A stretch of DNA of 64,000 bases from contig JASCQW010000043.1 of assembly GCA_030264375.1 (NCBI GenBank), forward strand, positions 71,194,740 to 71,258,739. The letters are read 5' to 3'. How positions within the stretch are numbered: the first letter of the stretch is position 1; each line of letters begins with the position of its first letter. Position numbers and translations under genes: made by a program. The DNA is from Carcharhinus longimanus (lineage: Eukaryota). Under the pieces are notes generated by a model. It was not told the origin of the DNA and ran no database searches. It was given only the letters and a program-made list of their open reading frames with translations. Shown piece after piece: positions 26,880 through 39,046 of the stretch.

Positions 26880-27660
26880 AGTCAGAAATTCTGAATAGCT
26901 TTTATAAGAGCTTTGTTAACTTATTCTGCCACCTTCAGAGGTTTGTACGTACATCTTAGTCCTACTGCTCCTAGGACCCCCGTAAAATTGTACCTTTTAG
27001 CTAATGTTGTCTCTCCTCATTCTTTGTATCAAAATGTATTACTTCATATTTTTCTGTGTTGAAATGCATCTGTTATGTCCTCCTGATGTCTATTATGAGT
27101 CTCCAGATTGTTTACTACATGGCCAAGTTTTGCGCCATCTGCAAACATTGTAATTATGCCCTGTATACTTGATTCCAGCCATTACTATACATCAAAAATA
27201 GCAGTGATCCTCAGGGGTGGTATGCTGGCACAACAGTTAGCACTACTGCCTCACCCGGATTTGATTCCCGGCTTGGGTCACTGTCTGTGTGGGTGCTCCA
27301 GTTTCCTCCCACAATCTGAAAGACCTGCTGGTTAGGAGCATTGACCCAAACAGGTGCTGGAGTGTGGCGACGAGGGGAATTTCATAGTAACTTCATTGCA
27401 GTGTTAATGTAAGCCTTACTTGTAACTAATAAATAAATGTTACCAACTGCTGACTAACACCACTGCATATTTCTCTCTGGTCTGGAAAACAACTATGCAG
27501 CACTGTTCTCTACCTTCTCTCCCTTAACCAATTGTGTGGCCACGCTGCTACTACCTGTTTAACGCCATGGGCTTTCATTTTGTTGACAAAACTACTATGT
27601 GGTAGACGATCGAATGCCGTTTGGAAGTCCACATGCATGACATCAACAGCAACTTTACTT
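26880..27660 (-). mobile_element. CR1 fragment containing a SINE at ~27212-27440 (+)
   Basis: Reverse complement reads MFADGAKLG and DFQTAFDR; SINE tail ttcattgcagtgttaatgtaagccttacttgtaactaataaataa. Confidence 0.75.
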
Positions 27661-27728
27661 CATCACTGACATTTCTTCCAAGTTCTGGTAGTTAATTTAT
27701 AAATAAACACATGCTTTTTCAAACTCTA

Positions 27729-27923
<195 letters not shown>

Positions 27924-28672
27924 TTATTCAAAATGGTCTTAGCCAAACATTACCCCATGCGATTATGAGCTCTGTAATTTCATATCATTGCTGTGGACAA
28001 GAAAGCTCATTGATAAAAATGGGATAAAGATGCATGAAAAGGCAGCTTCAAAGCAGGGTGCATGTCAGAAAAGAAAATATACATAACATGTTACTTCTCA
28101 TGATACCAAGTAGCTGCATTACATATCATTTGTAAATGTTAAGCTACATTTTTCAATGAAAATTTTAGTTTTATGTTTCTCCCCTTGACTAACAGTATGT
28201 TCAATTCTGATAACCTGCTGTAAATCATTGATACCTTATACATCTGTCTATAGAAGGTCAGCCACACATTGGACAACCTTCCATCAAAAAAGGCCCAGAA
28301 AGAAATCTCTAATCCATTGATCAGACACATCCACCAACACAGTACAGAAGTGAAGCAGAGCACAGTGAGCTGCTGGACACTGGAAGACAGAATTGAGAGA
28401 TCTGGAGCCCAGAAGAGAAAATCTACAGAGTAAGCCCCACCAAAAGATCAGCTGGAGACAAAGAAGCTGAATATGGTGCAACAACACTGTGCCTTTAAGA
28501 AGTGTACTTGTGGCAAGTTTCTTGTGAAATGAATGTTTTAAACTTTAACTATGTTTAAACAGAGGCAAATAGTCTACAACTGACAACCCACATGCTGAGC
28601 CTGCAAAACAATAATTGCTCCTATTTACTGGAGTGTTTGTTTTAATCTGAGTTAATGCAGTTTTGTTATTAT

Positions 28673-29339
28673 TGCGTAATCCCCTGGGTTTTCAGACTTG
28701 GCTTAATTAGGGTGACTGGCGAGAAGAGCATCATGTGAATGGGAGGAGCTAGGTTTACAGAGAGACAAGTAGGCATCTCCTGTTTGGATTTGTACAGAAC
28801 AGTAGTTATTTTTGAAGTCTGAGACCTGCTAGAAGAGGTATCTGTCACCAGAGATCTGCAAAAAGCAAGAGGCATTTTTTCCCTCTCTCTCTTTCTATAT
28901 AGAGTTCTGCTGTGTGAAGACCGGTCTTTCTCTGGAGGCTGCAGTTTGAGAGTCAGATGACGGGTGTCTCTCTGTGTCCACAGATGTTAAAAGGTTGGAG
29001 GACTAGCATCTCACGTAAGCCTGTTTGTTTTGCTAACTGATTCTGAAGAGGAATTTACATCTATAGGGATATTGCTTAAATTGGAGCTAGTAGAGAAAGC
29101 TAGCAGTTAAGAATTATATCTTGTCCTGTTTAAGTATTTCAACTGATAAATGTTATGTTAGTTCTTTTTGTTATAATTATTTTTAAGTGACGTTTGTTTT
29201 AATAAAGACTTTCAAGTGGGTCAATAGAATCACACCTGGAGCAAAAGACTTTATGTTCACAAAAATGCTAAAATCAAAAGTGGTTGTGGTCTAGACTAAC
29301 TTCATAATATACCTTGAGTTTCTGATCCGACCCCCCACA
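28673..29339 (+). mobile_element. Probable solo LTR
   Basis: TG...CA ends and an internal aataaa at ~29201 followed by a U5-like segment; no clean TSD seen. Confidence 0.5.
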
Positions 29340-29659
29340 ATGGGACATGGTACGCCCAGAATATAAGAAAATGGAAATTAGTCAGACAGAAAAAGTGAAA
29401 TGTGCATCTGAAAGAGCTACTGGAAGATTGAGTACAAAGTAATCTGGACAGCTATCTCAGAGTAGACCTGGGGTATCCACTCACCACAATGAGCTACGTG
29501 CCATCCACAAACTAGACGGTCTCCATAATTTCAACTCCCAAACAGTGGCCTAAAATCTCTGACTTTGAATGCAAAATTATGCAATAATAATGCAAGGCAC
29601 TGAATATGTAAATGAAATACCATTATTATGGCAATTAAAACATTTGAAGATTTTTAGCA

Positions 29660-29985
29660 ATTGTCTGAAGTATCAGTGGTGATTAAATGTAAATAATTGA
29701 TGTTACAGAGCAGCGGTCAATACTGAAGAGGACTGCAATAAATTATAGGAGGACATTGGGAAACTGGCTGAATGGGCAAATAGTTAGCAAATGAAGTTCA
29801 ACATAAATAAATGTGCAGTAGTATTTTAGTTAGGAAAATAAGGGGCCAATTAATACTCGGAATGTTCTGGTCTATGTGAAGTAGAGGAACAAAAAGTTCT
29901 CAAGAATACAAAGATGATAATCATTAAAAGTTGCACCAAGGCCATGAAAATTTACAAACCAAACACTAGGTTTTATTTCTTGTCA
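29660..29985 (+). mobile_element. CR1 LINE fragment
   Basis: DIGKLAEWANS*QMKFNINKCAV motif. Confidence 0.8.
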
Positions 29986-30460
29986 ATACAAGTGTCCTCC
30001 ACACTCCCACCCACAGGCCATGTTGGAGTGAATACTGGAACAATGCCTACATCTGAAATTAGAGCTCAGAATGCAGTCCAGTGCACAAACCATGTGGGAC
30101 AAGGGTGGTGTAGGGTCTTCTCCAGCCAGCATGCAAATGAAAGACTAGGTGTAAAAGTGGCAGCCACATTGGGCTTTGAGAAGCAGCTTGAGACGATGAA
30201 TGGCCAGTGGTCCTTAAGGTACAGAAGCTAACCATCAAGTCTCTCTCTTTGATATGCAGTGAGGAGAACATCAGAAACATGAAGTCTGGTGAACTCATAT
30301 CATTCTTCTCCCTCATAGGCAGGAGAGGCGATGTCAACAGAGGCACCTGGCGTGCCAAAGNNNNNNNNNNNNNNNNNNNNNNNNNNNNNNNNNNNNNNNN
30401 NNNNNNNNNNNNNNNNNNNNNNNNNNNNNNNNNNNNNNNNNNNNNNNNNNNNNNNNNNNN

Positions 30461-30623
30461 AACGTCCTGAACGATCTTCTCAACTAGGCCGGTCTGTTGT
30501 GCTCGATAAATCACGTTACTGAAAGCCTCCGTGTAAACCGATTTACGTGGCAGCACGAAAGTCACGCCGAATCTCATGAAACATTCGTGACTGATGTGCA
30601 TAAGAGATCTCTTGGTTATCCAG
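30461..30623 (-). CDS. Partial exon of an arthropod ionotropic receptor (IR21a-like, S2 ligand-binding segment); probably foreign or contaminant sequence
   Basis: ttctcgttcag|C then WITKRSLMHISHECFMRFGVTFVLPRKSVYTEAFSNVIYRAQQTGLVEKIVQDV, running into a 100-N gap; resembles the recalled IR21a motif KRSALHxSxECF...LFPRESVY...AQQSGLIAKI; about 12 CpG in the first 140 bp. Confidence 0.75.
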
Positions 30624-32864
30624 CTGAACGAGAAGTTTTTGATAAAACGGGTCTGATGAACAGCTGTTGCCTATTCGACAGATAGAAAACTATTCAAACT
30701 TTAATGAAAATAAGTCAAGAGTTGGCAATCGGGTTGGCGACACGGTTAGAGGCAGCAGATTATATCCCGGGGCAGCATGTCAAAGACAAATTCTCCACTG
30801 CACGTCCATTGTCTGCTACTGAGACTGATGCCCTTCCGCAGTATGTCTACAGGAGGTGAACAGGGTACCTGGAAAGCACTCGAACCCTAAACAGAACCAT
30901 ATAACCACCCCTGCTGTCCCCAGTTCTGTTATCATGCTAAAAAATGTAGAAGCTTTGTAGCTTGCATCCATCAGAACACTGTGTAATACCAGTATTAATA
31001 GGCAGCATGGTGGCACAGTGGTTAGCATTGGTGCCTCACAGCGCCAGGGCCTCATTTGTGACACTGATGAAAAATCTTTAAAACTTGAGAGAACAATAAT
31101 TATACTGCATCAGAAGAGAATGCTGATTGGTTGGCAAGTGGACTCAGAGTCAAGCTGCCTGGTTTAAATTTCAAACCATGCTCAGTGGTTAACTGTCAGT
31201 CATCAACAACTGGTGCATTCTTCATGGCAACATCTCGACTGATCAAAGTTAATTTCAATGAGACTGCCTCTCTCTCTCTCTCAACTGATGAAATGGATAG
31301 GGTGTCAACTCTGGTTTAAGGATTCATCACACGATCTCCCCCTCATCAGTCAGTATCTGGCTAACACATCTATTCCAGTGATGCACTGCCTTCCCACGCC
31401 AACTGGAAAGCAAGACAACTCATTACCCAATTGGATGACTAATGGCCATTTTTTTTTAAAAAAAACACAATTTCAGTATTATTATAGCTGGCAAAAGAGA
31501 AATGTTCAAAGAAAACGACTGATCTGATAGGCAGCACGTGGAAGTGTGGAGACTGATCTTCAATTCCTGAAGACTCCAGGCCATTCCTGGAGGGTTGGCA
31601 ACCCTGGACCACAGCCAAGTTCGACAGAGTAATTTTTCAACATATGAATCACGATGTGATAGCACTGAATCAGCTCCTTTTCCTTAACGGGCCACAGGAG
31701 GAGACAGCTAATAAAACTGACAGACAATTATGGCCTGCCTTGCTGTTGGCTTCTAAGGAATCCAAAGTATTGCATCGGGGAGTGTGCTGGTCAGCACGGA
31801 AAGATGGCCACAGTTACTGGCATTTCCCATGGGGGTTACATGACCCTGGAGTTGTCACTGACTATTACCGACTTTCACACAGTTTGTCTTGGATTAGGAA
31901 TTGGAAATCAAGATTCTTTAATCAGTTGTTGCTTTGACTGGAATGGGACTGATTGCGTTCCTCACTAGAAGACCCTTCTTTTGTGCTGTGGTAACTAACT
32001 CCAGGGACAACATTTTTGCATTGACAGGATCCCCTCCGCCATCCACCCCACCACAACACAAACTCAATTTCACAGTAGGGAGCACAGTGCCTTGGATGGG
32101 AAGTCCAGTTAAGCCCTTATTAGGGCATCTTAAAGGCCCTTTCCCACCCAGTCTCAATGTTTAGGCAAGTGGATGCTGGTTGTGGATCAGAGTGCTGAAC
32201 AGCTCTCTGAGGCTGGACTTCCACCCAAGAGTAGACGGATATACCTGCTTACTGCCAATCGAAGCTCAATTGAGCACAAAATGCCAGTAGGCCAGTCAAA
32301 GTCGGCAGCATGCATTCCTCGCCAACTCGGAGGATAGTGGACGTCAAGCTTTTGNNNNNNNNNNTTTGCCATCCTGAGAATTCAGACCAAGGTATCATTT
32401 GTCCCGTTCTTGAGCCATGCAACGTTCTGAGACTGGGCGGCCTGCAGAACACCCAACCTGCAGTCAGAGGCAATATTAGACAGTGCCCATTCCCTCTGAC
32501 CCTGTCACCTCACCCACTTCAGTACAAGGATCAACATCAAAGCAATCTTGTAGAACAATGAATTTATTGTGGGGAATTCCCTGCTTTCTACCACACACAG
32601 TGATTCAGACATACCAAATTCTCAGTGAGAAACTTCCAGCTCTTTTTCCTCCCCCTTCTCATAAAAGGGAAAGTCACCATAATCCCAAATGACCAATGCT
32701 GCTCTCCTCTTTGAAGTGGTGGTGATTTAACCTGAGGATCAACACAGCTGAGGCAGCCACGGATAACCCCTCTGCATCACAAACCAGCCACCCAGCCAAC
32801 TTAGCTAGACCTTCTCATACAAGTCCTGGGAATAACTCCTGCTCTGCCCAAGACCGCAAGAAAC

Positions 32865-33252
32865 TACATGAATGAAGCCCAGTCCATCAGGCAAACCAGC
32901 CTCCCAACAACTGACCCTGTCTACACTTCCCACTGCCTCGGGAAAGCAGCCAGCATAATCAAGGACCCCCACGCACCCGGACATTCTCTGTTGTACCTTC
33001 TTCCATCGGGAGAAAGATACAGAAGTCTGAGATCACGTATCAACTGATTCGAGAACAGCTTCTTCCCTGCTCTCAGACATTTGAATGGACCTCCCTCGCA
33101 CTGAGTTGATTTTTCTCTCCACGCTGGCTATGACTGTAACACTACATTCTGCACTCTCTCCTTTCCTTTTCCATGTACAGTGTCTGTGCAGCGCGCAAGA
33201 AACAATACTGTACACTAATACATGTGGCAATAATGAATCAGATCAAATCAAC
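32865..33252 (+). mobile_element. Rex1/Babar-type LINE 3' end
   Basis: AQSIRQTSLP...KAASIIKDP...LLPSGERYRSLRSR..FENSFFPA; tail aatcagatcaaatcaa. Confidence 0.8.
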
Positions 33253-34685
33253 TAAAGTTGTTTCTGTAACTATCCACTGATTGATTGAGTGAAGGGCTTT
33301 GTCCAGTTTCAAGGTGACCAGATGCATTTTAAACGCGGGATAGTTACATTTATATATCACTTCACTGAGCCCTGTTACTTCGAAAGAAATTGCCGGCTCA
33401 GTATCCACCACCCCCCTCACTCAAATTCAGAAGCTAGCAATGCTGTGCGAGGTGTGACAAGAAGCTGTGTTACAATTTGTACTTGGCAACTTGTTCTGTG
33501 CTAATGAAAAATTCTAAAACAGTTCTTGACAATGAGGCTGCAGTACTCTGCGCTGTAAATATTCTAATAAGCCAGGCGACAGCAAGCTCGCCCTCAGTTA
33601 ACCACAGTTTCAGCCTTTGTGGCGCATCTTGGGCACATGCAATGTACAGTTAATGTGACTTTGTGGCCATTACTGGGTGGAACTTAAGTGAACAGTAATA
33701 GTTAAAAGCTAATATGAAAGAATACTGCAGTGTCAATAGGGCAGCAGAGTAGCAGCGCGGATAGTCATCATCCAGAGTTGGCTCCAAGCCCAGACATTAT
33801 TTTCAAAGACTTCCGATCTCCTTGGGGTCCCTTTCTGCCAGATAGCATTGGCAAGCTGAGAAGACAGGTCACCCACTACAAGCAGCGGACACTTTCCTGT
33901 GCCAATACTCTCCTCGCCTCCAAGGCAGCGACTCGCACAAGGCTGCGGTTCCACGGCAGCGAACCGAGAGCCCTCTCGTACAGCTCTCCACGCAGGTGTG
34001 ATGCGAGAATTGTCAGCAGGCTTTATGAGTGCAAGAGCATCACTGCCGACACCAGCCCTGCTCCCAGTCAAAAGTCTACCCACATGTCCGGGGGGGTGAA
34101 CTGTAATAAGCCAGAGTGGACTCAAAACTGGGACCTTTCAATAGCATGGCACAGTCACATCATATTGAGGTGGGAGTTGTGNNNNNNNNNNCGGTGTGTG
34201 TGGGGGTGGTGGTGGTGTTGCGGATAACTACCACGTCTGTTTCTCTTGCACCATTTACTGAGCGATATGCAGGTTTTAGTTGGATTGATTTGCCCTCCAA
34301 GCTTTGAGTGCATCATCCACATATGTCACAGCAGATGGTAAAGCAATTTCTCTCTCTCTCTTCAGGTACCGTGCCCCAAGACAGCGTTGGTGACCGTGTG
34401 TTGGTCCAGGTTCTGCTCGGCACGGAGTGTGCAGTGGTTTGCCAATGCCTTCTGCAGGTTCTGGCTGAGTAGGAGAATTTCTCGCCTGCCATCAGGCACA
34501 TTGGAAAGATTAGCGGGTTGGCGGTCACCCTATTTGGCCACATTGTGAACAGGCCTTTATTGGCCATTATAGTGGGCAAGTTGGCTACTGGCTCAGGAGA
34601 CAGGATTGGCACATACTGCCCCACAAGGCACCCCATGGTGAACATCACAGCACTCAATCTATTTGGGTGCACATGCACATACACC

Positions 34686-34950
34686 TATAGTCAAGAAAAA
34701 GGCCATTCTCCCCATCGAGTCTGTACCAACTGCAATCCCACCCAGGCCTTACCCCTGTAATCCCATGTATTTATCCTGCTAATTCCCCTGACAATAAGGG
34801 GCAAATTAGCATGGCCAAACCGCCTAATCCGTGCAGACACAGGGAGAATGTGCAAACTCCACACAGGCAGTGACCCAAGGCCGGAATTGAACCTGGGTCC
34901 CTGGAGCTATGAGACAGCAGTGCTAATCACTGAGCCACCATGCCGCCCCA
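34686..34950 (-). mobile_element. HE1-type SINE
   Basis: Reverse-complement head gaacctgggtccctggagctatgagacagcagtgctaatcactgagccacc. Confidence 0.85.
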
Positions 34951-35254
34951 ATGTAAGTAGGAGGACAAATGCAATCTTTGCAAAGGCACGCAACTTTGTC
35001 CATTTCAACCGGGATCAGACAAGCCAGGGTACTTTGTGTAAATCTGTGGTTTTCCACAGGTGCAGGGGACCACCGACAGCATCTATATGACACTGAGATC
35101 TTCACAGCATCAAGAAGTAAACTACGTATTCTGCTTCTACTTGCTCAATATTCAGCTGGTCTGTGGCCTCATGAAAAGTACCCTCCAGATGTATGCTTGA
35201 TTCCCAGGAATTGTGCTCAACTCCTACATTCTGAGCTGCTCTCCAATCCCTAAC

Positions 35255-35700
35255 ATGTTTCAGGGTCACAGAGGCTGCAGGGTTGGCTCCTTGGGGACTA
35301 AAGCTACCCAGTGAGGATGTGGTTGATGACCCTTGTGTGGAGATCAGAGTGCAGCTGAGACAAAATTCAATGAGGCTCATGCTTCAACTCGCAGTTTAGC
35401 GGAACAGACCATAGTGACGCTGAAGATGGGGTTCTGGTGCCTGGGCTGCTCTGCTGGAGCCATGGAATGCAATCTGAAGAGGACGTCACACATTGTGATT
35501 GTTGGCTGTAATTTGCACAACCTGGCACTGCATCGGGAGGAAGAATTGCCTGAGGAGACGGAGGACAGGCATATTTTCTCTGATAAAGAGGACATTGAAG
35601 ACTGAGGTTGAGGAGGTGTTTGATGTTGACCATGAGGCAATGCTGATGCCCAGATAAGGCAGATGAGATTGGGATTCAGTCACTGCCACTAGATTTATGG
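35255..35700 (+). pseudogene. Harbinger transposase, C-terminal half (DDE_Tnp_4-like), decayed
   Basis: LQGWLLGD*SYPVRMWLMT then AETKFNEAHASTRSLAEQTIVTLKMGFWCLGCSAGAM...GCNLHNLAL and an acidic tail. Confidence 0.88.
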
Positions 35701-36299
35701 ACGGTGATGAGATGACATCCCACTATCTTCACATGGCTTCTGTAAACATTGCTCTCCTGTCGGACTGATGGCAGCAGACACTCTGTGATAAGGCTCCTGT
35801 CATGGGGTCTCAGCAATTGGCCATACGTTGCAGGAGGATGATGTTGAATTACACTGGAATAGGGGCATATATCCTCACAGAGCTTCTGTATTTGCCTCCT
35901 GTCTGGCTGATGGCAACTTGCTTGCTCCCAATAGGGGGCCATCCACAGCTCAAAGGTGCAGAGAGCACACACTGACAATGACCGGAATGAATGACACTCA
36001 CCCTTTACACCATGGGAGACATCCTAATTCTCGATGAGAAACAGGCATGACTGATACATTCAGTCACTGTGAAGGGACACCACCAATGTGCTAGAAACAA
36101 AACACATGGAGGAAGCCCTGGACTGAGCACCTGCCTTTTTCTGGTGCAGGAATCCAGTTTTCAGGCTGGGACTCCAGGAACAAAGCTGATCAGAATAAGG
36201 AGCTACAGAAAGGGTGTAATTAATGAGAGTTTGTTTTTTTTAAGGTGAATGTTATGTACAAGTGCTTAATGTCCATGCCCACACTGTTCAACTGGAGCT

Positions 36300-38170
36300 T
36301 CTTAACATTTCTAACCATGCTGTTATGTCTTGCTGCACCCCCAACATCCACAGTGGAGGTGGAGGCAGTCTGCTCTCTGGCATACCCTGATGGCCTTGGC
36401 AGACATGCTCTGCAGGGTTGAGACATGGGGGAGGCCTTCCTTTCTGGATCCTTCTGTGCAGCAGTTGAAGTGGTCACAGGATGAGGGGATTCAGATGGGT
36501 AAGACACTCCTAGAGTCATCTGGGTGGATGGTCCTCGGGTGTGCACCAGCTGATCCTCCTCCCAATGGGTGCCTGAGGGCCCCTGGCTTCCTCCTTGAGA
36601 TAAAGGGGCAGCTGGAGTGAGCTCGAAAAGCCCCACCGTGTTCTGGCGTTGATACTGATGGATCACAGCAACTGCCTGCACTAGGGAGTGCAAGTCCTGC
36701 ACCATGGAGAGCAGGATTAAAGTTTTGCACCAAGGTCTCCAGGTGGCCACCACCCTGGCTGTGTTGATCGCATTGCACTGGAGTGTCGGCACAATCACCT
36801 CAGACATAAGGTGGATGGACTCTTCCATGCAGCCTTTCAATACAGGCATCCTTTCCTGATTTTCATCACCTGACTTGGATTCAGCATATTCCTGGCCTCC
36901 AGCAATCTGCCAAGCGCTAGCACCATGGGACATCCCTGCCTTCATCTGTCGTGGATCAGATAGTGCAATGTGCTCACCAGATTGTGACTCTGAGGTTGCT
37001 CTAAAGTCAAGTCCCAATGAGATGAGTCTTTGCGATGGTGGAGGGTGTGGGTGAGCATTGTGGCATGTCTGTAAATTCCTCTCTTGCACTGCTCTTGGAA
37101 CTTGAGGGCAGCACAGTGACACAGTGGTGACTACTGCTGCCTCACAGTGCCAGGGACCCGTGTTCGATTCCCGGCTTTGGTCACTGTCTGTGCGGAGTCT
37201 GTATGTTCTCCCCATGTCAGCGAGGGTTTCCTCCAGGTGCTCCAATTTCCTCCCACAGTCCGAAAGATGTGTTGGTTAGGTGCACTGGCAATGCTAAATT
37301 TTCCCTCAGTGTACTCAAACAAGCATCAGAGTGTGGCAACTAGGGCATTGTGACACTAATAAATAAATTTTAAATTTTAAAAAGGTAAAACTTTAAACTG
37401 AAGATTTGGCTAGAGGACTGCCTGGGCTGCTTCCTAGATGTGCCTGTAACAGAAAGGAGAAGTCATTAGAGCAGGACAGGGGCCTTTTAAAACAGGAGAG
37501 AGGGCTGTTGTCTGATGGATGTTGCAGTGCTGGATCCTCATTTGGCTTATCAGCACCGACCTCATCAGCACAGGAGCAGTCAACTTCCTGCCCGGCCAAC
37601 TGGATATCTATGACTTCAAGAGTCCATGTGGACCTTCAGCTCTAGCATCCCTCCGCCAGTCTCTGATCTCTCTCCCTCTTATGGTGAGCCAACTTTTCCT
37701 GCATGAAAACAGATGGCACGAGTGTAAGCCGGACGGGTGTCACGGCAAATGATAAGGATGTCTGGCATGAGTAGATGGTGAATGGAAGCAGCAACGTGAT
37801 GAGGACAGAACCTGTAGGGGAGATGAAGGCGTGTGTGAGAGAGTGAGTGGTGGAGTCCCTTGAGCTGGCAGGAAGTGGGATCGCTGTGAACCTGTAACAG
37901 ATCTTCAACGTGTGAGCTGAGAGTGATGAGAAGTGTGACTTACTTTGGCAAAACAGAGATCATTCATCCTCGTTCTACACTGGATAGCTGCCCTCTTCAG
38001 CAAGGCATTAGTGCTGACCGCCTCCGCCACTGCCTCCCATATTGGGTTGATGACCTTGTTGGCTGGTTTTCTTTCTGTGTGCATGTAGAGGACATCAGGC
38101 CGGGCTTCTACCGCATCCAGGAATCTCTCCTGCTAAGTGCCCGTGAACTTGGGACTGGATTTCTCAGCAG
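36300..38170 (-). pseudogene. Harbinger Myb/SANT-like partner gene, intron-containing and decayed
   Basis: PKFTGT*QERFLDAVEARPDVLY...WEAVAEAVS...IQCRTRMNDL followed by a gtaagt donor (~37940); next exon cag|EKLAHHKRER..TGGG (~37700); convergent with the transposase. Confidence 0.8.
37107..37370 (+). mobile_element. tRNA-derived SINE inserted in the Harbinger element
   Basis: ggcagcacagtgacacagtggtgactactgctgcctcacagtgccagggacccgtgttcgattccc; A-rich tail. Confidence 0.9.
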
Positions 38171-38442
38171 CCATCACTTCCTGGTGACCTGCAAAATGTT
38201 GCTGGTGTGTGCTGGGTTGTCTTTAGATAACATGTCCTGATGAATGCAGCACCAAGGTGAAGACAAGGTGGGCAAATTAAAGGCTGCTCCACCAACAACA
38301 CATCATGGAACCTTTGCATGAAAGATTTTGGCACTAACTGCCACACTATATGGCAGGAAAACCCGCCATTGCCGATGGTGAGCTCAATGCCCCTTTTCCT
38401 GCCCACCATCAGCCTTTGCCAAATTCCAGCAACGTCTCGCCC

Positions 38443-38805
38443 TGGGTGCCTTTTGCTTGAAAGAAGACTGAGGCATTACCTAAATAGAGGTCTTTAAGAT
38501 TGTGAAAGGTTTTGAGAGAAGTGGATACAAAGAGAATACTTCCTATTGTGGGAAGAGCATAAAAGCATAATATAAGATAGTCATCAAAAAATCCACTACG
38601 AATTCAGAAGAAACGTCTTTATCCAAAGAGTGGTAAGAATGTGAATTTACACCACAGTGATTGAAATGAATAGCATAGATGAATTTAAGGAAAAGCTCGA
38701 AAAACTTTTGAGGAAGGAGGGAATCGGCGGTTACAATGTTAGATTTTGAGTAGAGTACAAGAAACACCATGGACTGGTTGGGCCAAATAGTCTGTTTCTA
38801 TGCCA
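38443..38805 (+). mobile_element. CR1 3' end
   Basis: gaaagaagactgagg...ctaaatagaggtctttaagattgtgaaaggttttg and tail ggactggttgggccaaatagtctgtttct. Confidence 0.8.
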
Positions 38806-39046
38806 AATTCCTTTGTTAAAATCACCATTTAGGCCACATACAACAGGACTGCCAAAAAAAACGGAACCATATCCCTGTTGGATTTTATATTATTCTCAGA
38901 CCAACTAGTCAAATTACCTTTCCTTATCCTTCAATGATTAATAAATTTGAGCAGCCATGAAAAGATAAGCAACCTGGTCTAATATGTTAGTTGTACAGCC
39001 TCCTCAACATCCAATACCATAGAGAACCAAAATAAGCTGCCTGTCG

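Noticed and set aside
30059-30601. A single 180-aa protein spanning the gap
   Set aside because: Frame continuity across a 100-N gap of arbitrary size means nothing. The sequence left of the gap does not continue the IR-like protein (no M3 transmembrane-type segment).
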